A program made the position numbers and the translations under genes. 64,000 nucleotides of DNA from Candidatus Kerfeldbacteria bacterium (lineage in GTDB: Bacteria; Patescibacteriota; Patescibacteriia; SBBC01; CAIJZX01), in contig CAIJZX010000014.1 in the NCBI GenBank assembly GCA_903825245.1, positions 1,655-65,654 of the forward strand. Reading direction: 5' to 3'. Under the pieces are notes generated by a model that had not been told where the DNA came from, made no database searches, and saw only the letters and a list, made by a program, of their open reading frames with translations. Of the stretch, positions 27,383 to 34,745 are shown in pieces; position 1 is the first letter of the stretch, and the number at the start of each line of letters is the position of its first letter.

Positions 27383-28594
27383 TTACGCCACTCGCCACAT
27401 CCGAACCTGTCGACGAACACGAGCATCATCGCGAGCGTAGGTCAGGACGTTTGGGGTAGTAATATGCAGTTTTACCGCCGATGCTTCTGACAACATTGGA
27501 AGTTTTTCAAAACCAAGATTGAGGATTGCCTGTTCAATATCAATCGTCACCGATTCTTCACCGGCAAGAAACTCCGGCCAAATCATCACCACGCGCGCGC
27601 CCGGCTTAAGATGTTTTTTCCACTGCGTAAAACTTTGGAAATACAGCGTGCCGATTTCTTTCGCTTGCGACGCCAGCCAATCGTGCGGTTCATGGCCGCG
27701 CAATGGTTTCCCTAAATACGGCTCCGTCACGATAACGTCCGCTTTCGTCGTTACCTGCCGCGCATCACGCATGGTGATTTCGACATCGGTGCTCAATTCA
27801 GGAAATTCAGAAAATAACCACTTGATGTTTTCCTGGGTTTCTTTCACTGGTCTCGATTCAAGATCGCTGGCTACAATTTTCTTCACGCCCATCAACGCTG
27901 CTTCTTGTACAATCGTCCCCGAACCACAAAACGGATCGAGCAACAAGTCGTCCGGCTTCACTTGAGCGATATTCAACATCATCTGCGCCAACTTCGGCGG
28001 AATCATGCCGCTCTTCGCGTTCGCCGCCGGACGACCGAAATCCCGCAGACCATAGAGTTGGTAATCTTGTACTGCATGTGTCGCGCCGACGATGATTTCA
28101 CTGTCGTTCTTGAAAAAAACAAATTCTTTTCCTTTTTTTATTAGGCCGTTGCGTTGTACTGTCACTGCGGAAAGTTGCTGGTCTTGCGAGGTGACAAATC
28201 GAACCGGCCGATCGGCAGCCACGATTTCTTTTTTTAGGCGCAGAGCGATTTTTTGAATCAACGCGCGGTCGTTTGATGTCCCATTATAGAAACTAACGCC
28301 AAACTCAACGCGGCCGGTTTCGGGAAAATGGCGCTCAATCCACTCCTTCGTCAACTGTTCGTGCAAGGTTTTCGAAACTGATTCTGGCACCGGCCAGTGT
28401 TCAACAACCTGAACCTGCTTAATACTGCCACCTAACCGATTTAATATGCGCTCGGGAAGTGGTTGTTCATGGCGAACAACCGCACCAGCCTCTGACAACG
28501 CCATTACCTCGCCCGACCACAGCGGCGCACGAGCCTCGAGTTCGGCCACGGAAAACTCCGGTTCGCGACCGAGGATAAATAATGTCTCTTCCAT
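27383..28594 (-). CDS. SAM-dependent RNA methyltransferase with an N-terminal THUMP-like domain (Trm11/TrmN/RlmL-like, putative m2G methylase)
   Basis: SAM motif I LLDPFCGSGTIVQEA, a downstream D-L-E and a TEPPYG-like segment (TEPYLGKP), plus a ~150-aa N-terminal RNA-binding region. A TATACT hexamer lies 10 nt upstream of the ATG, which suggests a leaderless mRNA. Confidence 0.7.
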   Translation of the reverse strand: MEETLFILGREPEFSVAELEARAPLWSGEVMALSEAGAVVRHEQPLPERILNRLGGSIKQVQVVEHWPVPESVSKTLHEQLTKEWIERHFPETGRVEFGVSFYNGTSNDRALIQKIALRLKKEIVAADRPVRFVTSQDQQLSAVTVQRNGLIKKGKEFVFFKNDSEIIVGATHAVQDYQLYGLRDFGRPAANAKSGMIPPKLAQMMLNIAQVKPDDLLLDPFCGSGTIVQEAALMGVKKIVASDLESRPVKETQENIKWLFSEFPELSTDVEITMRDARQVTTKADVIVTEPYLGKPLRGHEPHDWLASQAKEIGTLYFQSFTQWKKHLKPGARVVMIWPEFLAGEESVTIDIEQAILNLGFEKLPMLSEASAVKLHITTPNVLTYARDDARVRRQVRMWRVA

Positions 28595-28629
28595 AGGTCA
28601 TCAGTATAGCGGAATAACGGTTTTCCGCC

Positions 28630-28662
28630 AGTCCCGCACCACAAATTTTGTGGTGCGGGACT
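28630..28662. promoter_or_regulatory. 33-bp perfect palindrome AGTCCCGCACCACAAA-T-TTTGTGGTGCGGGACT between divergent promoters
   Basis: The reverse complement of 28630-28645 equals 28647-28662 exactly. It is not followed by a T-tract on either strand. It sits at about -40 to -75 of the rpsF-operon promoter and overlaps the -35 region of the divergent methyltransferase promoter. Confidence 0.5.
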
Positions 28663-28666
28663 AGTC

Positions 28667-28695
28667 TTTACAGGATCTGAGGGGTATGGTAGAGT
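28667..28695 (+). promoter_or_regulatory. Candidate promoter TTTACA-N17-TAGAGT (extended TG) for the rpsF-ssb-rpsR-efp operon, giving a ~130-nt structured leader
   Basis: Hexamers at 28667-28672 and 28690-28695. The leader at 28700-28830 contains the hairpin GCGGGTT-CCAA-ACCCGC. An S6:S18-binding autoregulatory leader is known upstream of rpsF in many bacteria. Confidence 0.4.
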
Positions 28696-28830
28696 GCTCC
28701 CACAACGACGTGCACCCACAAACAGTGGGCGCTCCCAAATGGGACCCATGCGTCAAAACCTTTAGCCCCAAGTATTCGAGGGGCCTATGAGGCGGGTTCC
28801 AAACCCGCTTATTCATTATTGTCCAATCCC

Positions 28831-29337
28831 ATGCAACAGCATTACGACGTCCTCTATATCATCCCCGGCACAAAAGCCGAAGACGAGGTTCCAGCCTTGG
28901 TTGAAAAAGTACATGAACTCCTGAAGGCAAACGGCGCTACGATTGTCAAGCAAGATTTCTGGGGCAAGCGCAAACTGGCTTACGAAATCGATCATATCCG
29001 CTACGGTTACTACGATGCCGTCGAATTCGATATGGAATCGACCACGTTGAATATCCTCGAACAAGCGCTCCGACTCAGTCCAATCGTCCTCCGCTCGCAA
29101 ATCACTCGTCGTAAAGTTTTGACGCCGGAACAAATAGCGGCCAATGCTGAAATCCACGAACGTATCGCCGCTAAACGCGAAGTTGCGAAAGAAAAAGAAG
29201 CGGCTGCGATTATGACCAAGCCTGATGCTAAACCGATTGAGCCAGATGTCGCTCCGGCACCGCAAGCCCCGGTTGAGACGAAGCAACTCGACGAAAAGAT
29301 CGAGGAAATTCTCGGATCTGACAAGGTCGATTTCTAA
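28831..29337 (+). CDS. rpsF: 30S ribosomal protein S6 with an acidic/Lys-rich C-terminal extension
   Basis: MQQHYDVLYIIPG...WGKRKLAYEIDHIRYGYY is the S6 fold signature. The longest ORF starts 12 nt earlier, at 28819. Confidence 0.9.
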   Translation: MQQHYDVLYIIPGTKAEDEVPALVEKVHELLKANGATIVKQDFWGKRKLAYEIDHIRYGYYDAVEFDMESTTLNILEQALRLSPIVLRSQITRRKVLTPEQIAANAEIHERIAAKREVAKEKEAAAIMTKPDAKPIEPDVAPAPQAPVETKQLDEKIEEILGSDKVDF

Positions 29338-29369
29338 TCCTACATATTTTATCATCTTATTCCACGCCT

Positions 29370-29819
29370 ATGGGATTCAGCCTTAATCGCGCCACTATCC
29401 TCGGGAACGTCACTCGCGATCCTGAGACACGTACCACCACCAGCGGTCAGTCCGTCGTTTCCTTTAGTGTCGCCACGTCGCGACGTTGGAAGGATCAAAC
29501 CTCGGGGGAACTCAAGGAAGCCACTGAATTCCACAATTGCGTTGGCTGGGGCAAGCTCGCCCAAACCATCGGCACCTACGTCCACAAAGGAAGCAAGGTT
29601 TATCTTGAAGGACGCATTCAAACTCGTTCGTGGGATGATCCGACCGGCGCGAAGAAGTACCGCACGGAAATTGTGGCTGAAAGCTTGATCCTCCTCGATA
29701 AGAAAGGTGACAACCCAGTCGTTGGCGCGCCAGCAAGTGCTCCAGCCATCGCCACTGATACCGCTCAACCAGCGGCTCCAACCGAAGAAGAAATTAATAT
29801 TGAAGATATTCCGTTTTAA
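29370..29819 (+). CDS. ssb: Single-stranded DNA-binding protein
   Basis: An OB-fold N-terminus (LNRATILGNVTRDPETRTTTSGQSVVSFSVA), a Gly/Pro-rich linker and an acidic tail ending in DIPF. Confidence 0.9.
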   Translation: MGFSLNRATILGNVTRDPETRTTTSGQSVVSFSVATSRRWKDQTSGELKEATEFHNCVGWGKLAQTIGTYVHKGSKVYLEGRIQTRSWDDPTGAKKYRTEIVAESLILLDKKGDNPVVGAPASAPAIATDTAQPAAPTEEEINIEDIPF

Positions 29820-29833
29820 TCCCGACCACCCTT

Positions 29834-30067
29834 ATGCGTCAGAAACAACAACACGCGCCTCTTAAAGAGCGCACCTGCTATCTCTGTGCGAATGCGATCG
29901 ACGAACTCGATTACAAAGATGTTCGCAGTCTGCAACGTTTTACCTCCGCTTCCGGAAAGATTTCCCCGCGTCGGAAGAGCGGTGCCTGTATGAAGCACCA
30001 GCGCATCATCGGCGAAGCGATCAAGCGCGCCCGCATCATGGCCTTGATGCCGTTCACCAACAGCTAA
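29834..30067 (+). CDS. rpsR: 30S ribosomal protein S18
   Basis: CYLCANAIDELDYKDVRSLQRFTSASGKISPRRKSG is the S18 signature. Confidence 0.9.
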   Translation: MRQKQQHAPLKERTCYLCANAIDELDYKDVRSLQRFTSASGKISPRRKSGACMKHQRIIGEAIKRARIMALMPFTNS

Positions 30068-30080
30068 AGCAGATACAGCT

Positions 30081-30644
30081 ATGATGGACATGAACGATAT
30101 TCGAGTTGGAACACTCGTCAAAATTGATAACGCGCCGTACGTTTGTTTGTGGTCGGATTTCATGCGCACCGCACAGCGTAAACCGGTTCGACGAACGAAA
30201 CTGAAGAATCTCATTACCGGCGGCGTGCTCGAACAAACCTTCAAGCATGGCGATAAGATTGAAGAAGCTGATGTTGAGCGGACGAAAGCCAGCTTCCTCT
30301 ACGCCGATGATCAGGGCGCGCACTTCATGGACAACACGTCGTATGAACAAGTGACCGTGCCGAAAGAAATGGTTGAGGAACAACTCCACTTTATGAAAGA
30401 CGGCAACGAATACACCGTCGTCAATTTTGAAGGCAAGCCGATTACGATTGAACTGCCGAAGAAAGTAGAATTCAAAGTCACCGATACCTCCGACGTTGTC
30501 CGCGGTGACACCACCGGTGCCGTCCTCAAAGATGCTACGATCGAAACCGGTTACGTCATGAAAGTTCCGCAGTTCGTGAAGACGGGTGATGTCATTCGCA
30601 TCAACACGGAAACCGAAGAATATACGGAACGCGTAACGGAATAA
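30081..30644 (+). CDS. efp: Elongation factor P
   Basis: A KOW-like N-terminus (IRVGTLVKIDNAPYVCLW...KPVRRTKLKNLITG) and two OB domains, 187 aa. Confidence 0.9.
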   Translation: MMDMNDIRVGTLVKIDNAPYVCLWSDFMRTAQRKPVRRTKLKNLITGGVLEQTFKHGDKIEEADVERTKASFLYADDQGAHFMDNTSYEQVTVPKEMVEEQLHFMKDGNEYTVVNFEGKPITIELPKKVEFKVTDTSDVVRGDTTGAVLKDATIETGYVMKVPQFVKTGDVIRINTETEEYTERVTE

Positions 30645-30655
30645 ATTTTCACACA

Positions 30656-30700
30656 CCACCAAGGTACAGCGGTGGGCTTTCCAGCCCACCGCTTTCAGTA
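30656..30700 (+). terminator. Hairpin AGCGGTGGGC-TTTCC-AGCCCACCGCT after efp, with a weak U-tract
   Basis: A 10-bp perfect stem followed by TTCAGT rather than a full T-run. Confidence 0.4.
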
Positions 30701-30720
30701 ACGTTAAAATCAAAAAATCA

Positions 30721-30749
30721 TTGACAAAAACGTGTTTTTCTGATATACT
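30721..30749 (+). promoter_or_regulatory. Consensus promoter TTGACA-N17-TATACT
   Basis: Hexamers at 30721-30726 and 30744-30749. It drives the hypothetical gene at 30797. Confidence 0.5.
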
Positions 30750-30796
30750 AGTATTGTTCTTAAATTAATTTGAGGAATTCACTAACCGCAAACCAT

Positions 30797-31420
30797 ATGC
30801 CAGAAGGAGCCCCAAGTCACGAAGGAGAGGGTGTTGTTGTACACGATGAGACATACCGCGTAACTGATGTCGCCAAAGCTCGCACTATGGCCGCGGATGA
30901 ACGCACTCCAGAAGGTCGCGTAATACATGAGGGTTCGAATCGGGCTCGTAGCGATGCGGAGGTATTTAAGAAATCTGCCGAAGAACGCAAACGTTTATTT
31001 CCAGATACAGAATTTATTACCGATCATAGCGAAAAAGCAAACGAGCTCACAGCCCAAGCGGAAAACATCGAACACAGTAATGGTTTACATTACGAAGCCG
31101 ATAAAATTGTTGATGCGGTCGGTGAAAACGTTTCTTATGAAGCAATTTTTACGTACGAACAACGCGCCGCTGAAGCTCAACGGGATGTTGAGGCACTCCA
31201 ACGAGTATACGAAGGATTATTCGATAAGCCGGGACGTGAACGAGATGCACAGTCACTCAAGCGCTCTCTCAGCGAGACCCAAGACCAGGAACGTATTTAT
31301 CACTACGCCTTTTCTAAACTTCGCGGTAAAGGGATGGAGCAACTTGCGGGCGGGCATAAATTTTGGGATGAGTACAACGATTTTAAAGCAAAGAAGCTGG
31401 CAACGGTTGAAAAGAAATAA
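30797..31420 (+). CDS. Hypothetical acidic protein (ATG at 30797; the longest ORF begins at a TTG at 30770)
   Basis: A 207-aa ORF downstream of a consensus promoter. No conserved motif was recognised. After its stop the hairpin GCAGCGAGCCTAGACTCGCTGC is followed by TTTT, a likely bidirectional terminator shared with recA. Confidence 0.5.
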   Translation: MPEGAPSHEGEGVVVHDETYRVTDVAKARTMAADERTPEGRVIHEGSNRARSDAEVFKKSAEERKRLFPDTEFITDHSEKANELTAQAENIEHSNGLHYEADKIVDAVGENVSYEAIFTYEQRAAEAQRDVEALQRVYEGLFDKPGRERDAQSLKRSLSETQDQERIYHYAFSKLRGKGMEQLAGGHKFWDEYNDFKAKKLATVEKK

Positions 31421-31475
31421 TATCCTTTCATTCTAAAAAGCAGCGAGCCTAGACTCGCTGCTTTTGTAATTCATT

Positions 31476-32567
31476 TTATTCCGCCTTCTCTTCCGCCGGT
31501 TCGTCAGCAACCGCCGCCGGTTTTGTTCCAGCATCATCTTCCGCTTGGCGGTCTTTCGCTACTTCAAGAACCTTCTTCCGAAGCTCATCGATAATTTTTG
31601 GATTATCTTGCAAATATTGCTTCGAGGCTTCGCGGCCAACGCCGAATTTAATTTCACCGTAGGAAACGGTGTTACCGGATTTCGTCAGCACACCGTAGAG
31701 CAACGCCGTGTCGAGTACATCGGATACCAGTGAAATCCCTTGGTTGTACATGATGTCGAACTCAGCTACGCGGAACGGAGCGGCGACTTTGTTCTTCACA
31801 ATTTTCGCCTTGGTGCGGTTGCCGATAATCTTATCACCGAGTTTCAACTGACCAATGCGGCGAACTTCGATACGAACCGAGCAGTAGAATTTCAAGGCTG
31901 TCCCACCAGTCGTCGTTTCCGGATTACCGAAGAAGACGCCGATCTTCATGCGCGTCTGGTTGATGAAGATAACGATGGTTTTCGTCTTTGACACGATGGC
32001 CGTGAGCTTACGCAATGCTTGCGACATCAATCGCGCTTGCAAGCCCATATGTGAATCGCCCATCTCACCTTCAATTTCCGCTTTTGGCGTTAAGGCCGCG
32101 ACCGAGTCAATGACGACGACGTCAACCGCATTCGAGCGCACCAGTGTTTCCACGATTTCTAACGCTTGTTCACCTGAGTCCGGTTGTGAGATTAAGAGTT
32201 CATCAACATTCACGCCAATCTTTCGCGCGTAGCTTGGATCAAGAGCGTGTTCGGCATCAACGAAGGCGGCGGTTCCGCCGGCGCGCTGTACTTCCGCCAC
32301 AATGTGTTGTGCCAACGTGGTTTTTCCCGACGCTTCCGGTCCGAAGATTTCAATCACCCGACCGCGCGGCACGCCGCCCACGCCGAGCGCTAAATCTAAC
32401 GACAAACATCCCGTGGAGACGACATCGACGTCCATCGCCCGGGCTTCACTAAATTTCATAATCGATCCTTCACCGAAACGCTCTCGGATCTGATCGACCG
32501 CCGTTTGCGCGGCCGCATTTTTTATCTTACCGGCGTCAGCACCGGCGCTTTTTTGGCTCTTGGCCAT
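31476..32567 (-). CDS. recA: Recombinase A
   Basis: Walker [14 protein letters not shown], RecA loops L1 and L2, and an acidic C-terminus. 363 aa. Confidence 0.93.
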   Translation of the reverse strand: MAKSQKSAGADAGKIKNAAAQTAVDQIRERFGEGSIMKFSEARAMDVDVVSTGCLSLDLALGVGGVPRGRVIEIFGPEASGKTTLAQHIVAEVQRAGGTAAFVDAEHALDPSYARKIGVNVDELLISQPDSGEQALEIVETLVRSNAVDVVVIDSVAALTPKAEIEGEMGDSHMGLQARLMSQALRKLTAIVSKTKTIVIFINQTRMKIGVFFGNPETTTGGTALKFYCSVRIEVRRIGQLKLGDKIIGNRTKAKIVKNKVAAPFRVAEFDIMYNQGISLVSDVLDTALLYGVLTKSGNTVSYGEIKFGVGREASKQYLQDNPKIIDELRKKVLEVAKDRQAEDDAGTKPAAVADEPAEEKAE

Positions 32568-32707
32568 ATGGTTATTCCTTTCTTACCGCACGTCTTCCCA
32601 CAAATCGGGGACAGTCGGGGTTTAATGAATTAATGATACCCGAAGAATAACCGAATGTCAACAAAAGATATCCACAAGCTTTTTATGTCGTAATAATGCG
32701 GTATTTC

Positions 32708-32803
32708 GGCCCTCTCCTTGGATAAGGGGAGGTGAAGGAGGGGTCACAAAACCACCATTTTTTCACCACCTCCCCTTCACCCCTCCTCGGCTGAGGAGGG
32801 GGC
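32708..32803. repeat. Extended (~95-bp) composite GA-rich palindrome of the same family as 5646-5680 and 27294-27335
   Basis: GGCCCTCTCC..AAGGGGAGGTGAAGGAGGGGTCAC-AAAACCACCATTTTTT-CACCACCTCCCCTTCACCCCTCCTC-GGCT-GAGGAGGGGGCC. It contains the hairpin CCCCTCCTC/GAGGAGGGG and lies immediately upstream of the island promoter. Confidence 0.65.
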
Positions 32804-32814
32804 CGGATTGGGTC

Positions 32815-32843
32815 TTGACAAAATCCCCTACTTGTCCTATACT
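32815..32843 (+). promoter_or_regulatory. Consensus promoter TTGACA-N17-TATACT at the head of the small-gene island
   Basis: Hexamers at 32815-32820 and 32838-32843. It is the only consensus-quality + strand promoter found between here and the terminator at 37727-37750. Confidence 0.5.
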
Positions 32844-32907
32844 GTCCAGTTCTTTAAATCCATAAATTACTTCTACTTCGCCCACGTGAGCAGACGCGGC
32901 GCGAACG

Positions 32908-32965
32908 ACGGGTGCGTTGTCTTGATTACTCTGCTCATGTAGTCACTACGACGCACCCGTTTTTC
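32908..32965 (+). promoter_or_regulatory. Attenuator-like leader hairpin (ACGGGTGCG ...35-nt loop... CGCACCCGT followed by TTTTT), with a possible competing pairing TGAGCAGA/TCTGCTCA
   Basis: A 9-bp stem plus T5, lying between the promoter and the first island ORF. TGAGCAGA at 32887-32894 can pair with TCTGCTCA at 32930-32937, which sits inside the terminator loop. Confidence 0.4.
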
Positions 32966-32995
32966 GTTCAGACTTCATTTACCATAGGAGGATGT

Positions 32996-33205
32996 GTGAC
33001 TGCCCTAGAACGTGACACACGTGTGTCCATCATCATCGGAATCGCTGCCCTCTGTAGCATTACCTTGGTGGTTGGCGGAACTATGGCCAAATGTATCGGT
33101 ATGGCCACCAAGTGCGCAGGCGTGGTGATTGGTGGCGGCATCATCGCTGCCGTTTGTGTCGCCGCCTGGGGCTTGTACAGGTCTTATCAGACCACACGAA
33201 AGTAG
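32996..33205 (+). CDS. Island ORF A: small two-TM, Gly-rich membrane peptide (GTG start, 69 aa; longest ORF from 32912)
   Basis: AGGAGG 4 nt before the GTG. Product ...IIIGIAALCSITLVVGGTMAKCIGMATKCAGVVIGGGIIAAVCVAAWGLYRSYQTTRK, with glycine-zipper-like GxxxG motifs. Confidence 0.45.
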   Translation: MTALERDTRVSIIIGIAALCSITLVVGGTMAKCIGMATKCAGVVIGGGIIAAVCVAAWGLYRSYQTTRK

Positions 33206-33364
33206 CTCGTACCATCTACACAGATGTAAAACGTGAGGGAGGGAGAACAGCCACGTTTTCCTCCCACTCTCACATGAATTGATCACTACTGGTCACATCA
33301 TGCGAGAGGTCTGTACCTTGACTCTCAATAAAGAAAATACTGCGTTCCCGTTTTTCGTTCAACG
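33203..33364. repeat. Type-1 inter-ORF unit, copy 1 (~160 bp), starting at the ORF A stop codon
   Basis: TAGCTCGTACCATC...GTGAGGGAGGGAG..CCTCCCACTCTCAC-ATGAATTGATCACTACTGGTCACATCATGCGAGAGGTCTGTACCTTGACTCTCAATAAAGAAAATACTGCGTTCCCGTTTTTCGTTCAACG. The last ~100 nt are identical to copy 3. Confidence 0.75.
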
Positions 33365-33386
33365 TACTTCAACAAAGGGACACCCA

Positions 33387-33557
33387 ATGCTTCGTTCATT
33401 GGCACTGCTGGCTTGGATATGTCTCGCGTCATTAATCCATGACTGCGAAAGATACGTCTGGCGCTGCAAGGTGAAGAGACTTCGGAAGACACTCAATGGT
33501 CGAAATCATGAGTTGGATGTCTTCTTGAAGAATCTCGAGGAATACTACGCGATGTAG
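33387..33557 (+). CDS. Island ORF B: 56-aa protein with a hydrophobic N-terminus (MLRSLALLAWICLASLIHDCERYVWRCKVKRLRK...)
   Basis: The ATG is preceded by AAAGGGA. The longest ORF (33279) begins inside the repeat, and copy 2 of that repeat carries an in-frame stop, so the upstream part is not coding. Confidence 0.45.
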   Translation: MLRSLALLAWICLASLIHDCERYVWRCKVKRLRKTLNGRNHELDVFLKNLEEYYAM

Positions 33558-33714
33558 TTCGTACCGTCGCCACACGACGTAAACAAGTGAGGGAGGGAGA
33601 ACAGCCACGTTTTCCTCCCACTCTCACATGATTTGGTCACCGTTGGTCACATCATGCGAGAGGTCTGTACCTTGACTCTCAATGAAGAAAATAGCACTCC
33701 CGTTTTTCGTTCAA
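33555..33714. repeat. Type-1 inter-ORF unit, copy 2 (a diverged copy)
   Basis: It starts at the ORF B stop (TAGTTCGTACCGTC...) and shows ~85 % identity to copy 1, including the GTGAGGGAGGGAG hairpin and the CCCGTTTTTCGTTCAACG tail. Confidence 0.75.
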
Positions 33715-33748
33715 CGCTGTGAACCCATACAGCCCTTGGAGGATCATC

Positions 33749-33949
33749 ATGGTTCCTCATCCGCTCAAGCTCAAGCGTGATGAACAGTACCTGCAGAGCA
33801 GTATTGCTCTTCTGATCACGGTTGTCCCCATCGTCGTCATCGTGAGGTATGGCTGGCATGGTTATGCCGTATTATACCTGATCGCCCTCATCATCTTCGC
33901 GATCTACAAGTTCGTCAGGGGCATGATGATCAAGGTCCCGAAGAGCTAG
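33749..33949 (+). CDS. Island ORF C: 66-aa two-TM membrane peptide
   Basis: GGAGGA 5 nt before the ATG. MVPHPLKLKRDEQYLQSSIALLITVVPIVVIVRYGWHGYAVLYLIALIIFAIYKFVRGMMIKVPKS. Confidence 0.5.
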   Translation: MVPHPLKLKRDEQYLQSSIALLITVVPIVVIVRYGWHGYAVLYLIALIIFAIYKFVRGMMIKVPKS

Positions 33950-34120
33950 CCCGCACCATCGCCTCGCGATGAAATTTGTGAGGGAGGATTGAGGAGGGTT
34001 TACCTTTTCTCTTCTCCCTCACCCCTCACATGAATTGATCACTACTGGTCACATCATGCGAGAGGTCTGTACCTTGACTCTCAATAAAGAAAATACTGCG
34101 TTCCCGTTTTTCGTTCCACG
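33947..34120. repeat. Type-1 inter-ORF unit, copy 3
   Basis: It starts at the ORF C stop (TAGCCCGCACCATC...). Its 5' hairpin is the variant GTGAGGGAGGATTGAGGAGGG..CTCCCTCAC, and its 3' ~100 nt are identical to copy 1. Confidence 0.75.
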
Positions 34121-34137
34121 CCAATTCGGAGGTCATC

Positions 34138-34308
34138 ATGAGGATGGGCACGTTCAGCACGATCGAGCGAATTATGGAGGACAACGGACTACCGGTTCCA
34201 AGCGGGCGAGGAAATGAGAAGCTCAACGAAATCGCAAGAATCGTCGAGACTCACGAAATGCCTGAGGATGTCCGACAGCGTCTTCGTAACTTGCTCGCCC
34301 TTCGCTGA
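34138..34308 (+). CDS. Island ORF D: 56-aa hydrophilic protein (MRMGTFSTIERIMEDNGLPVPSGRGNEKLNEIARIVETHEMPEDVRQRLRNLLALR)
   Basis: GGAGG 5 nt before the ATG. It is absent from the ORF track only because it is under 60 aa. It ends just before a shortened leader (CAAGTTTTCGTTCAC). Confidence 0.4.
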   Translation: MRMGTFSTIERIMEDNGLPVPSGRGNEKLNEIARIVETHEMPEDVRQRLRNLLALR

Positions 34309-34366
34309 CTCAACGACAAGCAACGCACAAGTTTTCGTTCACACTTCTCGCTACGGAGGTTACACC

Positions 34367-34615
34367 ATGTCGTCCAATCCGATGACGTCGGAGCAGAAGG
34401 TTACGCAACTCCTGGTAGCGCTCGTGTTGACCATTCTTGGTCTGCCGATCGCCGCGCTTGGTGGTTACGGCATCTACTTTGCCTTCACCAATACCGGTGC
34501 CGATCCCGGCCTCGGATCAGCGGCCATTCTGGTCTTCTGCGTCGGCATCGGCGCTATCGGCATCGCCATCAAGCTGACCAACGATGCGCGTCGGGCGAAG
34601 ACGAGTCCGATCTAG
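34367..34615 (+). CDS. Island ORF E: 82-aa two-TM, Gly-rich membrane peptide
   Basis: GGAGG 7 nt before the ATG. MSSNPMTSEQKVTQLLVALVLTILGLPIAALGGYGIYFAFTNTGADPGLGSAAILVFCVGIGAIGIAIKLTNDARRAKTSPI. Confidence 0.5.
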   Translation: MSSNPMTSEQKVTQLLVALVLTILGLPIAALGGYGIYFAFTNTGADPGLGSAAILVFCVGIGAIGIAIKLTNDARRAKTSPI

Positions 34616-34649
34616 ATGCACCTTGAGATAAGGGGGACCCGCGAGTTCC

Positions 34650-34704
34650 CTTCTCACTCGACTTGAGAACTAATCCAATAGTTGTCCGGTCAAGTGAGAA
34701 AACC
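34650..34704 (+). repeat. Type-2 leader hairpin, copy 1 (TCTCACTCGAC ...loop... GTCAAGTGAGAAAACC)
   Basis: The stem CACTCGAC/GTCAAGTG contains one G-U pair and is followed by GAGAAAA. The motif family recurs upstream of ORFs at 35251, 36142 and 36738. Confidence 0.65.
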
Positions 34705-34745
34705 AAAGTAACATCGTTCCGTCACAATCAAATCTGGAGGATACA

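Noticed and set aside
32568-32700. LexA/SOS (Cheo-box CGAACnnnnGTTCG) operator upstream of recA
   Set aside because: No such palindrome is present in the 250 bp upstream of the recA start. Only weak CCGAA...TTCGG bracket repeats were seen.
33279-34217. ORF-track proteins beginning MITTGHIMREVCTLTLNKENTAFPFF... (33279..33557 and 34035..34217)
   Set aside because: The shared N-terminus is the translation of the type-1 repeat. The third copy of the repeat (33628 onward) has an in-frame TGA in the same frame, so the repeat is not conserved as coding sequence. The real genes start at downstream RBS-associated ATGs (33387 and 34138).
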